This document shows, one piece after another, positions 13,430 through 42,700 of a stretch of DNA of 64,000 nucleotides. A program made the position numbers and the translations under genes. The stretch comes from Hemiscyllium ocellatum (lineage: Eukaryota), in the NCBI RefSeq assembly GCF_020745735.1, contig NC_083448.1, positions 14,754,006-14,818,005 on the forward strand. Direction: 5' to 3'. Position 1 is the stretch's first letter; each line of letters begins with the position of its first letter. The notes beneath the pieces are model-generated. The model did not search any database. It was not told the DNA's origin and saw only the letters and a program-made list of their open reading frames with translations.

Positions 13430-13550
13430 TTGGAAATGCCGGTGTTGGACTGGGGTGTACAGAGTTAAAAAACACACAACACCAGGTTATAGTCCAGTAG
13501 GTTTAATTGGAAGCACACCAGCATTCGGAGCAACTCTCCTTCATCAGGTA
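13430..13550 (-). mobile_element. PLE pLTR fragment (family C) with a degenerate hammerhead at 13516-13549
   Basis: Minus strand reads uac-CUGAUGA-a-ggag-aguug-cucc-GAAu-gc-UG-gug. The same terminal sequence recurs inverted at 36450-36540 and at 56580-56660. Confidence 0.7.
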
Positions 13551-15270
13551 ATAGACTGATGAATCAAGAGCTGCAAGGAAATGCAATCTCCCTTTATAGA
13601 ATTATTTTGAGGTGGGAGCAAAATCTAAACTTTAAGAACTCAATCAGCACCGTCACACTGACTCAAATGCAGTGGCTATCAGCCAAGATTTGTTCAATAT
13701 CTCATCTTCAGCTTTATAATAATGTTGGTGGAAAACATGGTCAACAGACACTATGACTGCGATAACACCATCTCATTGTCTGCTGCTCCCATCTTGCAAC
13801 AATTTGTGATGACAGACTGCTGCTTAGCCACAGCACTGCAGTATATGGTTGACGGAGAGATGGTGACCTTGTTATAAGCAAACTTTCCAAAGGGCAGCTG
13901 AGGCCACTGGTGGCCTCTGATAACAAATGGTCAACCAAGCAGTGGCAATTGACATGGGAGACTCCCAATAACAACCCAAGTTTTCCTTAAAAGGCAAGCT
14001 TTCATTCAAATACATACACCCACCATAATTAGCAGAAGGGCAATACAAATGCCACAAGAGAATCATGGGGCTTCTATACAACGTCAATATTGCCTTTGGG
14101 TCAAACTTCAATGGATGAGCCAAGTAGCTTGTGACTCGTTCTTGTATTGCACGCATCAGGCAGGACTAATTAATATTCTCGTTTAAAGCCCACATTCCAA
14201 ACACTTTATTTTATGATCCTTGGACACAATATGTTCTATCGCAATCATGAAATATGGGGCCTTAACAAGAACAAGAAAACACTTGGACCATGACATCCTT
14301 TATAGTGAAAGGAGAAAATGCTGGAAAAACTTAGCATTGCTGTTGGAGACAAACAGTGAAAGATTTCAGCACAAGGACCTGTCATCAGAAATGATAAACA
14401 TTGGAGAAGTAACTGGCTTGAAGCAGTGGCAGAAGCGCAACAAGGGGAGATGGAGAAGTAAAGAACAAAGGGGAAGAATTGGAATAGGACAGTCGACAGG
14501 CAAAATAAAATGGAGACAGCATTGGGATAACTGCAGAAATAAAAGACAATCAACAGAAATCAATACATTGTCATGAATACCCTGCACCCATAAAACTGGG
14601 AGACAGAGGTTCTGGTCTGAAAGTGATGACTTAAATGAGTTTAGAAGATGGCAAATTAGAAGATGGCAAGTTATCCGCAAGCTCACAATGATCTTCAGAG
14701 AACTGTGCCGACGGCCAAGGACAAAGTGTTGAGTGGCTTGGAGAATCAATGGACATGTAACCACAAGCTTGGGGTCACACTTGCAGATTGAACACTAACG
14801 TTCTGTGGAGTGATCACCCAACATGGGACTGGTCCTGTCTGTGTGGTTCAGGTCAAGTTCAACTTCAGGTCACTGCTTTAGGACTTTACAGCCATATTGA
14901 ACAATTGAGGTCTAAACTCCTGCTCCCAATTTTCATGACAGTAACTTGTGGGAATGATGGTATTGTTGCTACTCAATACCGATGTTTAATTTCGTGCCAG
15001 ACATATTTCACATCCATCTCATTAACTTTGTATTATCTCATCTCCTTGCCTTCTACTACAACTTCAACTTCTGCTAAGTTCTCTTCCGATCACCCTCACC
15101 CTCAGGTTTACCCTACCTCTGCACAAGCTTCAAGGCTGTCACATATCTAACATTTGCTTTTTCTCACAGAAGACTGACCCCCAAAGTTGACTGATTTTTT
15201 CTCAATATGGTAGCTCATCTTGCCTATTCTATTTCAGATTTTTTTTATCAAGATTTATTATTTATTATTC

Positions 15271-15740
15271 AACTGGAAAGGGTTCAGAAGATATTTACCA
15301 AGATGTTGCTGGGAATGAAGAGTTTCAGTTATAGAGAGAGGCTGGATACACAGACTTTATTCAATGCAATGTAGGAGGTTGAGGGGTGACCTTATGGAGG
15401 TTTACTAAATCATGAAGGGTATAGATAAGGTGAATGGCAAATGTCTTTTCCCTTGGGTGGGGAATTCAAGATAGTGGCATATTTTTAAGTTTGGAGGAGA
15501 AAGATTTAAGAAGAGGCAAGTCTTCCAAAGAGTGGTTCGTATATGGAAGGAACTTCCAGAGAAAGTGATGGATTCAGGTACTGTTAAAATGTTTTACACA
15601 TTTACACGTGAATAGGATATGTTTGGATGGAACAGGCCAAGCACAAGCAGGTGGGACTAGTTTAGTTTAGTTTAACTTCAGATTATGGTTGGCATGAACT
15701 GGTTGGACTGAAGGGTCTATTTACGTGCTGTATAACTATC
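15271..15740 (+). mobile_element. CR1 LINE 3' fragment
   Basis: ERVQK.FT.ML.G and RRLRGDL.EV motifs and a HER1-like 3' UTR. Confidence 0.85.
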
Positions 15741-17444
15741 TGCAACATTTGGAGTAATTTGCTTTTGTCTTTGTACTAGATATTTTAAACAATCTTGTCT
15801 GGAAAGTTTGATAACTCAGCCTTCCCAGCATCATGGAAGTCGTGGAGTCATAGTCACTGCAACACAAAGGAGAGCATTCAGCCGAAGGTTCCATATCTAA
15901 CAGATATCCAGTCAGTCATATTTCCCTGCTCCAATGCAGTAACCCTCCCAATTTCTTGCCCTCACATGCTCAACGAATTTCTATTGGCATAGTTCTATCA
16001 TCCCCATTTCCACCCTTCACTCATTACTTGAAGGCAGTGAGTTACTGGTCAGAAGGATTCAATGATGAAGCAAAAATATTTGTCACATTCCTCCCCCACT
16101 GCCCCCACCCCAGCAACTCTTCCTTACAGAGCTTTGTTTTGCCCACATTGTGCTGTTGTATTTTGAATCCCTTCTCCATCAATGGAACAGGCTTAAGGGG
16201 TTGAATGGCCTACTCTTGTTCTTTTGATCCGAAGTTCCCTGAAGCAACCAGCTGATCAAGGGCAAAAGTGAAGGAGAGATAGGACCACATTACAAATGTT
16301 GCAGTTTTAAGTCCAAGTCCATGAGTTGTCAGTACAATACTGCTTTACAAACACCTTCAGCACAGCAACCAGTTCAAATCAAAGCTCTCCTCAACTCCAG
16401 AACTCATCTCCAGCAAGCATTTTGCCGCAATTCGTCTTTTCACCAAACACAGATTTTGAAGCCAAGTACTGAATTTACAGTGATGAATTAACCTCAAACC
16501 ATAATCAAAAGCAGCCTGGTTTGAGGGGAATAGGTGAGTTCAAATTTAAAATTTCCCAATTGGAAACAAAATGGTTTGCTCTTCCTTGTGAAGAATAGTT
16601 ATTACACAATAAGGAATAATTTCCTGCAACAACTTGGATAAAAATTGGGGATGGTGAGAAGATGGAAAAAATTCAACATTATTATTTTTGCCAGAAAGTC
16701 AAACGGTTATTTACAGTGATAGGAAGAATGATTACCAATAATTGAATAATCCTTCAATAATTTTATTCAGTGCGACAGTAAATCAGTGACTATCGTCAAA
16801 TAGCCACAGACAGCCATCTTCTTCCCTCCCCAACCACTGCAAGTAAAGTGCTCATTCCTGTGTTTAATGGGTGAACAATTCCCTGCTCATAGCAATTAAC
16901 ATTTGTAGTGCTGTTAAGTCAGCAGAGAAAGGAATCACAAACATTTAGCAGAGGTTTGACTATTGGCAAGAATGCCCAAGGACACAGAACTCTCGTTTCG
17001 GTAGTTTTCCGTTTCCTGCTTACACTCCTCGACCAGCTTCTTAAAGACCTTCCCAACAGTAAACTATGGATGCCCCCTGTGAGTGTGTTGCTGGAGAGGG
17101 TGCTGGGTGGGGGGGGTTTAAACACACATGAAATTCCATAACTTCCTTCATTGAACAAGTGCAGATAACATCCTTTGCAAATAGCAGGGTTGAAAACAGA
17201 GCCAGACATTGGCCTAAAATTCTCCCCCAACTACTGAAATTAAAATGTATGATTCAATATCCACAAATCCTGAAGAGGGTGGACAGAGCAAGTTTGTTTT
17301 GTTAAGTGGTGTCCAAACCCTTTCTTTGTATACATCAAAAATTCTCACATTACTTGTCCATTATTCATTCTGCATGGTTATGTTGTACAGACTGGAGTCG
17401 AAGCTTACACAGCAGCACGCCAACTTCACACAGTTCCAGTAATG

Positions 17445-33118
<15,674 letters not shown>

Positions 33119-33701
33119 TGTCAGACGGGTTTTTTTTTAATTCGGTTCTCCTCTCACTCACGAACAAGCCTCCTTTTTGTAATATTTTCTTAAAGCTCCC
33201 GTTTTTCTTTTCTTTTTTTTCCCCCCTCCCACGGCGCCTCCACCACCAACCACCCGACGACTGATCTCGGCGCCTGCGCACAACCCGCCGGCACGCCGCC
33301 TCCGCCTTTGCCGCACCGCGCGCCCGCGGGTGGCGATTGGCCGCCGCGCGTGGCGTGGGCGGGGAGTGGAAAAGGGGTGGGGCTGGCCAGCTCGGCGGGG
33401 GGAAGGAGGAGGGGCGACTGACGATGGGCCCGGCCAATCAGCACTCGGGGATGGGAGAAGGGGCGGGGAAAAAAGCGGCTTGCGGGTTTTCGATGGGTCG
33501 CGGCGCCCCAACCAATGGCCAGAGACTCTAGTCCGACGCCGGGCGTCCGATTGCACAGCTGGCAAAGAAGGGGTAAATCGGATTGACCAATCGGATTGCG
33601 AGCCGCCGCGGCTGCGTGGAAGGTTGGAGGGGGCGGGGCGCTGGAAAGAGGCGAGCTAAGGCCCAAAGCCTGGGGCTGGATTTGGACTTGGATCCTTGGG
33701 G

Positions 33702-33736
33702 ATGGCAGCAGCACAGGGTTTCAGTGGGCTGGAACG
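33702..33736 (+). CDS. march5l: MARCH5-like exon 1 (coding part)
   Basis: MAAAQGFSGLE(R); good Kozak (gggATGG); donor gtgagt; phase 2 matches exon 2. Confidence 0.85.
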
Positions 33737-36700
33737 GTGAGTGGAAAAAGGAGGGCGGTTTCCGCAGCACTTCCCACACCCCCAGGCAGTACCTTTCAGA
33801 AGGTCCATTCTCCAACCCGCCTACTTCCTTCCTCTCCCAGAGGATGACTCTGATTGAGGAGGAGAAGGGGGGAAAAAAGTAAACTGGCTGGAAAAGCTCT
33901 GGCACCCTTTCTCGGAGAGAGAAGAGGGTGACAAGAGTTCACCTTTTCCAGTCCAGTGTGACCCTTGTTCATGAGTCAGGATGACTTTTTTGGTTGTTGA
34001 TCCACTCCTCCTCAGGTACACAGACCAGAAGGAGGGTCAACTTCTCCTCTGATAGCAACTACTGACCTATACCCTTGTCCCGACCTGAATTTCCTCAGCA
34101 CTCTCTGCTTTTCAGGATATCTAGGATCCTCATGGCCAGATGTAGGGTAGTTGCAAGGCACTGGGCATCCAAGCTACCTCCCCCTCTTCCCACCTGGCTT
34201 TTTATCCTCCGCACTCTGCTGGGGTCTTTTGTTGTGGGTAGGGGATGGGCACTTGTCCGGCCAACAGCATTTCTTGTTGGAACAGACTTTGAGGATGCGC
34301 TTGAAAGGTTTCCTCCCTCCACCATCCCTTCATTTCACTCGGTAATGTCTTGCCGTGATGAAGCTCAGAGCAGGGAAAGCTTGTTTTGGGGCAGTGGGGT
34401 GTTGTGTCAGACGTGCAGACAAAGTGCCCCTTGAAAAGCACAGGCTGGCAGTCACCATTGACTCGAAGCTGAATATGCTGACCCGAGAGTGAGCATTGAC
34501 ATTGGAGTGCCAGCCTTCGTTTTCATTTCCAGTGGCATTGCTAAGTGATGATTCTACAGGGATTGGAAACGTTTGCTGTCCAGAGTTTGTGTTGTCTATT
34601 GCACATATAGGAGGGTAGGTAACAGTGCAGTTGAAAATGCGTTGCTGGTTAAACCACAGCAGGTCAGGCAGCATCCAAGGAATAGGAAATTTGACGTTTC
34701 GGGCATAAGCCCTTCATCAGTGCAGCCATGTTAAATGTGACATTTGTGCAAGGTTTGAGGTTGTTATCGATTGGTCTGTCCCTCCTAGGGTCGGATATTG
34801 CACTGACACACTGGGGATGATGTTCAGTTTCATTGTCAGTTTGTTACCCGTGCTGAGAGTAGTCTTTTGTTTGGCTCATAAAAGATCTTGATATTTTTGG
34901 GAATAGTGTTTGTCAGCTCGTGCACACTTGTAGAGAATCTTTGTCTTCAGGATACTTAGTGTCAGACTCATTCTCTGAATGTACAATGATCAGTTGGATT
35001 TCCACCTTTGAGTGTGTGCACATGCAAATGTCACATATTATGGTTGGGTTGGTTTTCCTCATCCTCTAGAGATTCTATTCTCCAACAAGGAGCATCATGG
35101 ATCATGCCTGGAGTGTTGGGAACATTATTATAATGGCACAGCTTTGCTTCATTGCAGCTCTCTTGCTAAGCATCACATTGGATCCATTCATGAGGATCAC
35201 CATGCGTTTCTACTCATTTCCTGTTGGCATGCACCAGGCAGGATATAATTATGAAATAATGCAGGCAGCCAAATTTGACACAGACTGTGCCAACCAGGAA
35301 GAATCTGCGGGCTTTGTGTACTCCAAGAGGATGCTGAGGCTGCTGTTGCTCTCTGCGTTTTTCTTGGACTTGGCTTCCATTCTGACAGGACACAAGACCC
35401 TATTACGTTAGCATAAACAGTCTTGATCCCTTTTTGAAGATGGTTACAATTGTGACTTCCTGGAGATGTGCCAGATGAAGGAGATGAGATTGTGCATTTG
35501 GAGGGAGAGCATTTCTGTTTGATACTTTAATATGGTTTCTGAATGCATAAAAATCATTGTTAATTCTCAGCTCTTGGATCTTTTCAAACTTTGGTCATTC
35601 TGTGGTTGTGCCAAGATAATGGCAAAAGCATGCAATGGTTTGTGGTTTGTGGTCCAGACTGACACTTGATAGGGGAGATGTGGAGTTTGCACATTCTCCC
35701 CGTGTCTGCGTGGGTTTCCTCCGGGTGCTCCGGTTTCCTCCCACAGTCACAAAGATGTGCGGGTCAGGTGAATTGGCCATGCTAAATTGCCCATAGTGTT
35801 AGGTAAGGGGTAAATGTAGGGGTATGGGTGGGTTGCGCTTCGGCGGGTCGGTGTGGACTTGTTGGGCCGAAGGGCCTGTTTCCACACTGTAAGTCTAATC
35901 TAATCCTTGAACTGTTCCTTCCAAAAGAGCTTACTGCCTTCTGACCATGATGAATGCCACTCAGTGGGCCAGGTTCATTGGTGCTTGGGCCTGAGGTGAT
36001 CTTGAGTTTTCAGAAGCATCCACACATGTCACGGCTATCAGCAGGTTGTTAGATTTCCTGAACATTTTCCAGCTGTGATCTCTTGTTACACCAAGGGTTT
36101 TATGTTGGACTTCAACTGTCATTCATCTGTAAACCTAATTTAGTTCCCTCAAATGCAGGAAACCCTTGCACTTAAGTTTTAGGAGTTCCTGGATGTCCTG
36201 GTTATTCGACTCAAAGGGACCTTCATCTTTCTTGAGAGAGAAACCAAGTATGTCCTCACAGATGCTGTTCATGATGAATTGAAGGGCAGATCAGATCCTA
36301 TGAACATTCCATGATTCCTGTTTGCTGAGTGTCTCCATGTGACATTTGCTCACTGAACAGGCAGACCTTTGTAGAGTCATTGACTCCATTGATATTCATG
36401 TTCTGGTAACACTGTTTTTGCTGCCATTGCTGTTTTTGGGCCAAGTTTTCGCTTTCAAATAGACCTGTTGAACTTCTACCCAGTGTTGTATGATTTTTAA
36501 CTTTGTCCACCCCAGTCCAACACCAGCATCTCCACATCATGTTTTTGGGCCAGATGGAGATATTAGGCAATGGTCAGTGCAGCTCCAGTCATGGCGTGAA
36601 TCATGCAGATATGCTTGAGGTCCCTCACTCGGGCAATGACAGAGTCAACCTGGTGTCAATTTGTTTCAAGTGAAAGCTTAACCATGCAGTCTTCTATTTG

Positions 36701-39700
36701 TCTTTCTGACAAGAAATGGTACTTGTTATCGAGGGGTACTCGGTTGAGATTCATTTTCCTCATTCCTTCTTGCCAACCAAACCTTTCCAGAGATTTGAGT
36801 CCCTCATCTTCTTTGGGTTACAGGACAACAATGGATCCTGTTTAGAAATATTCTTTGGCCTTGTCTGATGCTTCTACTGTTGGACCATACACAATGACCA
36901 CTGATCTGGCTTCAGATGAGCTGTCATGGTTGGCTGAGTCTTGTTTATCCCAAAAGGGGTCTCACTGTGATGGTCAACTCATTTGTTTTTTCATGTCGAA
37001 ACCAATCCCATGGAATCATTTTGCATCTTCAGTCTTGCCTTTCCAGAAGAGATTTGTCCACCTTCTTGTCCTTTGATTGGTCTTCTCCTTTCCACCATGT
37101 ATAAGCCAGGCCATCAACGTTGCCTTTCCAGCATTGGAATTTCATATTTGTGGTGTGACAGGAATTTGTGAGAGTCAATGTATTCCAGGTTCGCACTTGA
37201 ATTTTGAGTGGGTTGAAAGTGACAATGGGTGGGTTCCTTTAATGTGCAATGGCTGATGTATACTGACAACAAGATAGTGCTGGTGCAACAAGGCTCTGTC
37301 TATTGGCCAATATACGGACAAGATTGGAGACCAGGCTACAACACAGAGACAGGAACTGACCTGCATGTCTTATTGGCCCAATCACCCCTTACAAAACATA
37401 ACAGCCCGGAATGCTGCTTGTATTGTCAGAGCAGAGGTAGTGCTTTTCAACATTGCTCCCCTGTGAAACGAACGAAGACTCACTGCTGCCACAGCAGGCT
37501 GAATCTTTCACTTATAAACAAGTCGTATTATTATTGCAGCAGTGCTTTTTTTTTCGCTCCAAAATTTCTAGTTATGCTTTCACCAAAGAGCAAAACCTAA
37601 AGTTGTCCCTCTGGAAAAAGGGGTATCCATGTGTAAAAACAGGCCGAACAGTTTGAGGACAAATACTTTCAATTGTCTCACTTTGTGATTTGTTCAATAA
37701 TTATAGCATGTTGTCACAGTTTGTCTCATCGCAGCTTTAAATCCCAAAGCACAGCGGTGGGATCAGCTGGGAATCAGCGTAGAGTCAGGCAAATGAGCAC
37801 AAACCTGTCTTTCTTTTTCTCTCTCTCTCTCCTGCCCTCCCCCTCCCCCCTCCCCCCCCACCCCTCCCCCCCCCACCCCTCTGAACTTCGCACATACCAG
37901 ACATACCATTCTAATCCTCATGCCCGTGCCCCTCATTTCCCTCTGTTTCTCAGGCCTTGAATCCCACTGACCCTCATTACCTTGTCATTTGATGTTCAGC
38001 TCCATATTCTCTCCAACTTCATGCTACTGCCTCCCTACCCATACTCCCTCTGATTTTCATGCACTCACCACCCATTTCCACCCCCCAGCAGATGTCACTA
38101 CTCATTATGTGACCCTAATGACTCCACCTCTTCCAGACCACCTCCACCAGCATTTAGCCTCTAATCAGTTTATCCCCATCCTCTCCTTGCCCTCTCTTCC
38201 TTTGACCCTGTCCCCTCTTCGGTAACCACCTCTGGTCACTCTTAGATTCCCTCCACTCCTTCCTGTAATTCCCATACCTTTACTCTTTGTTGTTGCAGTC
38301 CCATCTCTCCAACCCTCTCCTGCATGTTAATGTTGTCAGCCCATTTGCGAGTTTCCAGGAACAAAAGATTAATTTCTCGGGTAGTTAACACTTAAGTCCC
38401 AAAACATCATAGGGTGCTATCTCATGAGTTTAGCCTGAGGGTCAACATGCTGCAGGAGAGAGGTAGGGTTTGAGACAATGAGCTTTCAGGTTAACCCCGA
38501 GCTTGTGTGGTTCGACATTATCGGTGAAAGATTCAATGGGGATGGGGGGTTGCAATTGTTTTAAAATGAAACCTACAGGGATATGCCCACCTAGAGTTGG
38601 CAAAGTTATCCTTTTTGTCTTCCAAATGTTGTTTTTCTATGCTTATGCCTATCTTTAAGATATGATGATAGATGGAGCTACTGTCAAAGAGATACAATGT
38701 TTCCTCTTGTTTGATAGCAATGTCCTTGATTGCTTTCGGCAGGAACTGCTGGGTATGCTTTGCCACTGACCTTGATGATCGCTCGGCAGAATGGGTAAGC
38801 CCATGTCGATGTAAAGGGTCCACAAAATGGATACACCAGGCATGCCTACAACGATGGCTGGATGAGAAACAGAAGGGGAACAGTACAGGCCGAGTGGCCT
38901 GTCCACAGTGCAACACTGAATATCTGATCGTCTTCCCAAAGTTAGGTGCGTACAAGACTTTGACCTCCTCTCTCTCTGTCTTCAGCTCCCCCATTAAAAA
39001 TGCTAAATTTATAAAAAAAACCTTTCCAACCACAATGTACTAATCTGCTGGTTTTCACCCTTCCGAAATGCATCATGTATGTTCAGCTACTTCTTAAGAA
39101 TCCATTCTTCCCAGCTGAGCCCAAGATTTGGAATGTGGCCAATACCGTGCCTTAAATTCAATCTCCAAAAAAAGTCCTTTCGACTAAACATTAATCAGTC
39201 GTTTAGATTGTTCATTAAGCGACTATAATTGTACTACCTATAATTTACAGGGTTGCATTGGTATTAGCACTGACTTTGCAGAACAAGAATTACAACACTC
39301 ATAATTGATACACACAGAATTGAAGACAGCAATTAGATCTCCATCTGGATCATTGTGATTCAGTCCACTGCCCTCATCTTTTAATGATTCAAGACTCCAT
39401 GCTGTACATCGCTATGACTATGACTCTATGACCTCTAAATTGTGTTCATAAACATTTGATCGAAACTGTCAGACTTGGTACTCACTGAATTTGTTGACCG
39501 TGACGGGCAAAAATAGGAAATGGAGGAACTCTTCCTCCTATTTTGGTAATTAACCATTACTTCATCCCTTGAGCCTAAAGAATTGTCCAAAGACATTGGC
39601 CAGTGAGCCAAAGGAGGAGATGTTAATAGGGGTAAACCTGGTTAAAAAGCTGAGTCTTAAATCTTGCTTTAACAATATGAAGTGCAAAGGCAGAAGGTAT

Positions 39701-42700
39701 CTTTCGGCTTGCAGTCTGAGACTGGGAAGGTACCAGAAAGTACAAGATAACAAACACAGTTGTATGAATAAGCTAGAGATGAATACAGGAAGGGAAAGTT
39801 ATTCAATCCTGACCGAGCACCAGGAGCTATTTAAGCCTCGCAAAGTTTCCAAACTGGGAGCCTAATGACCAGATTTGCTTTCAAAGCATTATCTGAAAAG
39901 AAACCAGAGTATGATGTAGTTTTATGCATAACTTGTATTCATGTTGTTTTTTTGTAATTTTTTTCTTCAGGTCCAGTCGTTTACTCCTTGCATCAAGTTG
40001 ACCGCATTCTGTCCAAAGCCAGCCCCTTTGCAGCAGCCAGCATTGTGGTGGGGACCGTCTATTGGTCGGCAGTGACTTACGGAGCAGTGACTGTCATGCA
40101 GGTCGGCCTTCCCATATCAAGTGGATTGTTGTCCAGAGTCAAGAATTGTTAACTCACTGGCCACTTTGTATCAATTGTTAAGTCAGACCGTGACTTGCTG
40201 AAGGTAGCCCTTGTGAGAACAAGGTGGTCCATATTGCAACAGGGACAACAGGTCAAGTCTGTGACCCTAAGATGTGGAAAAACACAGTAGTGACAATTAT
40301 CGTAGGATAGTTCTGTCACTTGGAGGTGTTGAAGTTTCATATAACTATTCAGTTTGCAATTGTAGTTTGCATGTCTTGTAATAGCATATCAGTTTTCTGC
40401 TCTACTTGTATTTTGAAAAGGGTTTGAATGTTGCATCGTCAACTGTGTGCAAGCAGTTTATGGTCAGATTCCAGTGGGCAAGCTTCACAGGTGTGTTCTG
40501 CCATTTACCGCATCGCACAGTTGGAAGCAAGAAAGCTGCATATCCCCATCCTGCCTATATAGGTTGGTTACACACCTGAAGCAGCCAGTTACTTCCATTT
40601 CACCCGTGGCATTGACTTGCTCAGGTCACAATTCTGCTGGATTCATAGAGAACTCATTAATGAAGTCAGTAAGATTCTCTGGGACTTTCACTTGACCCTC
40701 ACCCTTAGGGAGAACAATTCCACTATCATGTAACTGAATGTAGCAAAACTTGGAAATTTCAAACCACGAGGAAGGCATCACAACAAAATAGATGGCAGTA
40801 AATTGTCAGATAGTTCAATTAAATAACAGGGTAACTTGTCATGAGAGGAAGGAGCAATATGAGGTGAGCTGGGCCATGCCTCAAACCGTGATGCTTGTGG
40901 CCTGGGAGCTCTTAAGCGCTTACACTCGGTGACGAAGTCAGAAAATTGCCTTCATCAGTGCTGGCACTCCTTGCTAGATTAAGAAAAGCGAATTATGGAT
41001 TATCACGTTATTACATTGCATTAAACAGAACAAAGTACTTTGAGAGTGTTGCAGAGCAGCAGCCTCCATTGTCTTTGGCTGTTAGTTTCATTAAGTGGAT
41101 ATCAGTGAGCATAACAATTTACTTTGTGCAAGAACATACTAAATATGTACAGGATTGACCATATGGCCTTTGAGAAGCTTCTTCAGCTTCAACTTTCCCA
41201 CTCGCTCCCCAAACCCTTTGATTCCCTGATAACCAAAAATGTGTCCATCCTGCCCTTACAGGTTTTCAACAATGGAGCATCCACCCCTTTTGCGTTAAGG
41301 AACTTCAGAAGTTCAGAGCTCTTTTTAAGTGAAGTGATTTCTCCTCATGTCAGTCCTATATGATTGGACCCTTGTGCAGAGACTGTCCCTTATCCTCAGT
41401 TTTGCTGACCTTGATGTCTGTCCTGTCAAACTCCTTGAGAATCATTTCTGTTTCAGTAGATCACCTGTCGTTATTGTCATTTCCCAAGAAAATCAGCCCA
41501 ACTTACTGAACGACACATCATGGGACAACCACCTGAAACCAGGGACTGATCTTGCCAATGAGTTTTTTGGGTTTTGGAGACTAGTGTTCAATCGAAATGT
41601 GAGCTTTTCACACAACATAACTCGCACAACATAATAGTTAAGCAAATAGTTCAGATTTGTTGGTGGGGGGCATATTATGAAAGCATTTAAGGGAATAGGT
41701 GATGAATCTCAGTTAGCAAAGATGAGTGGAGGCTTGACTGACGTCCCTGGGCTGAATTTCTGGTTTCTTCGCCAAACATCCTATATAATTCGATGCAAAC
41801 AGATGGGTTTTGGACAACACTGTAACTTGATCTGTCTTGATCTCTCTGTAGGTTGTTGGACATAAGAAAGGTTTGGACTTAATGGAGCGGGCAGACCCAC
41901 TGTTCCTGCTGATGGGGCTTCCTACCATTCCTGTGATGCTTATTCTGGCCAAGATGATCCGGTGGGAGGACTTTGTGCTTCGCATGTGGCGCAAATACTC
42001 CAGCAAGCTGCAAGTTCTAAGTAACATTTTCCCAGGTGAGACTCCAGGCTGGTCCCATTAATCACTAATCACTGAATTGTCATATAGACAGGAAGCCAAG
42101 AGATTTGAGATTTTTTTTAAAGAAGAATTGTAGCTCAGGTTGAGGTTCAGGTTGCAAGTTTGCTCGCTGAGCTGGCAGGTTTGTTTTGTCATCATCAATA
42201 AATACATCGATTTGGACCCCATTTACCAACCTCTGACAAAAAAAAATGTCATCCACCTTAAGAGACCAAGACACACAAAAAGAGAGTGGGACACAACACC
42301 AGGACTTAACAGAGGCTCACTGATGATGTTACCTAGCATGATGACAAAACATCTGAAAACGAACCTGCCAGCTCAGCGAGCAAACTTCCAACCATGGTTA
42401 TTTTAGTTACTCCTTTCTCATGGATGCAAAAATGTTCATTCTAATCATGTTTTGGCCCACGTATGTCAGATGTTCATATTTGTTTCTCTGCATTATCTTG
42501 CAACTCCTAATCTGTACACCACCTTCAGTTGTGCATCCCTCCAATATCTCTGCATTGATCTAATCCTGGTTGCTTGACCTCCAATTTTAATCAGTTGATG
42601 GTAGTGCCGACTGCTGCCTCTGCTGTCAGCTTTCGTGTCCTCTTTATGCTTTGCTAACCTTTCCTTCCTCCTTTGCGAACCTCCTTAAAATTGACCTCTT

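Larger units (their letters stand above)
33965..37170 (-). mobile_element. Ancient RTE-clade LINE remnant in MARCH5L intron 1, carrying nested insertions
   Basis: Minus-strand translations LFWKGKTED..HGIGF, VYGPTVEASDKAKE and HQVDSVIARVRD..HAMTG (APE domain), RMSLTLSILKTKILY (RT) and GGRKPFKRILK (C-terminus) occur in RTE order. Confidence 0.75.

Noticed and set aside
37795-38330. Pyrimidine/C-rich tract with short ORFs
   Set aside because: Low-complexity intronic sequence with no coding or structural signal I can support.
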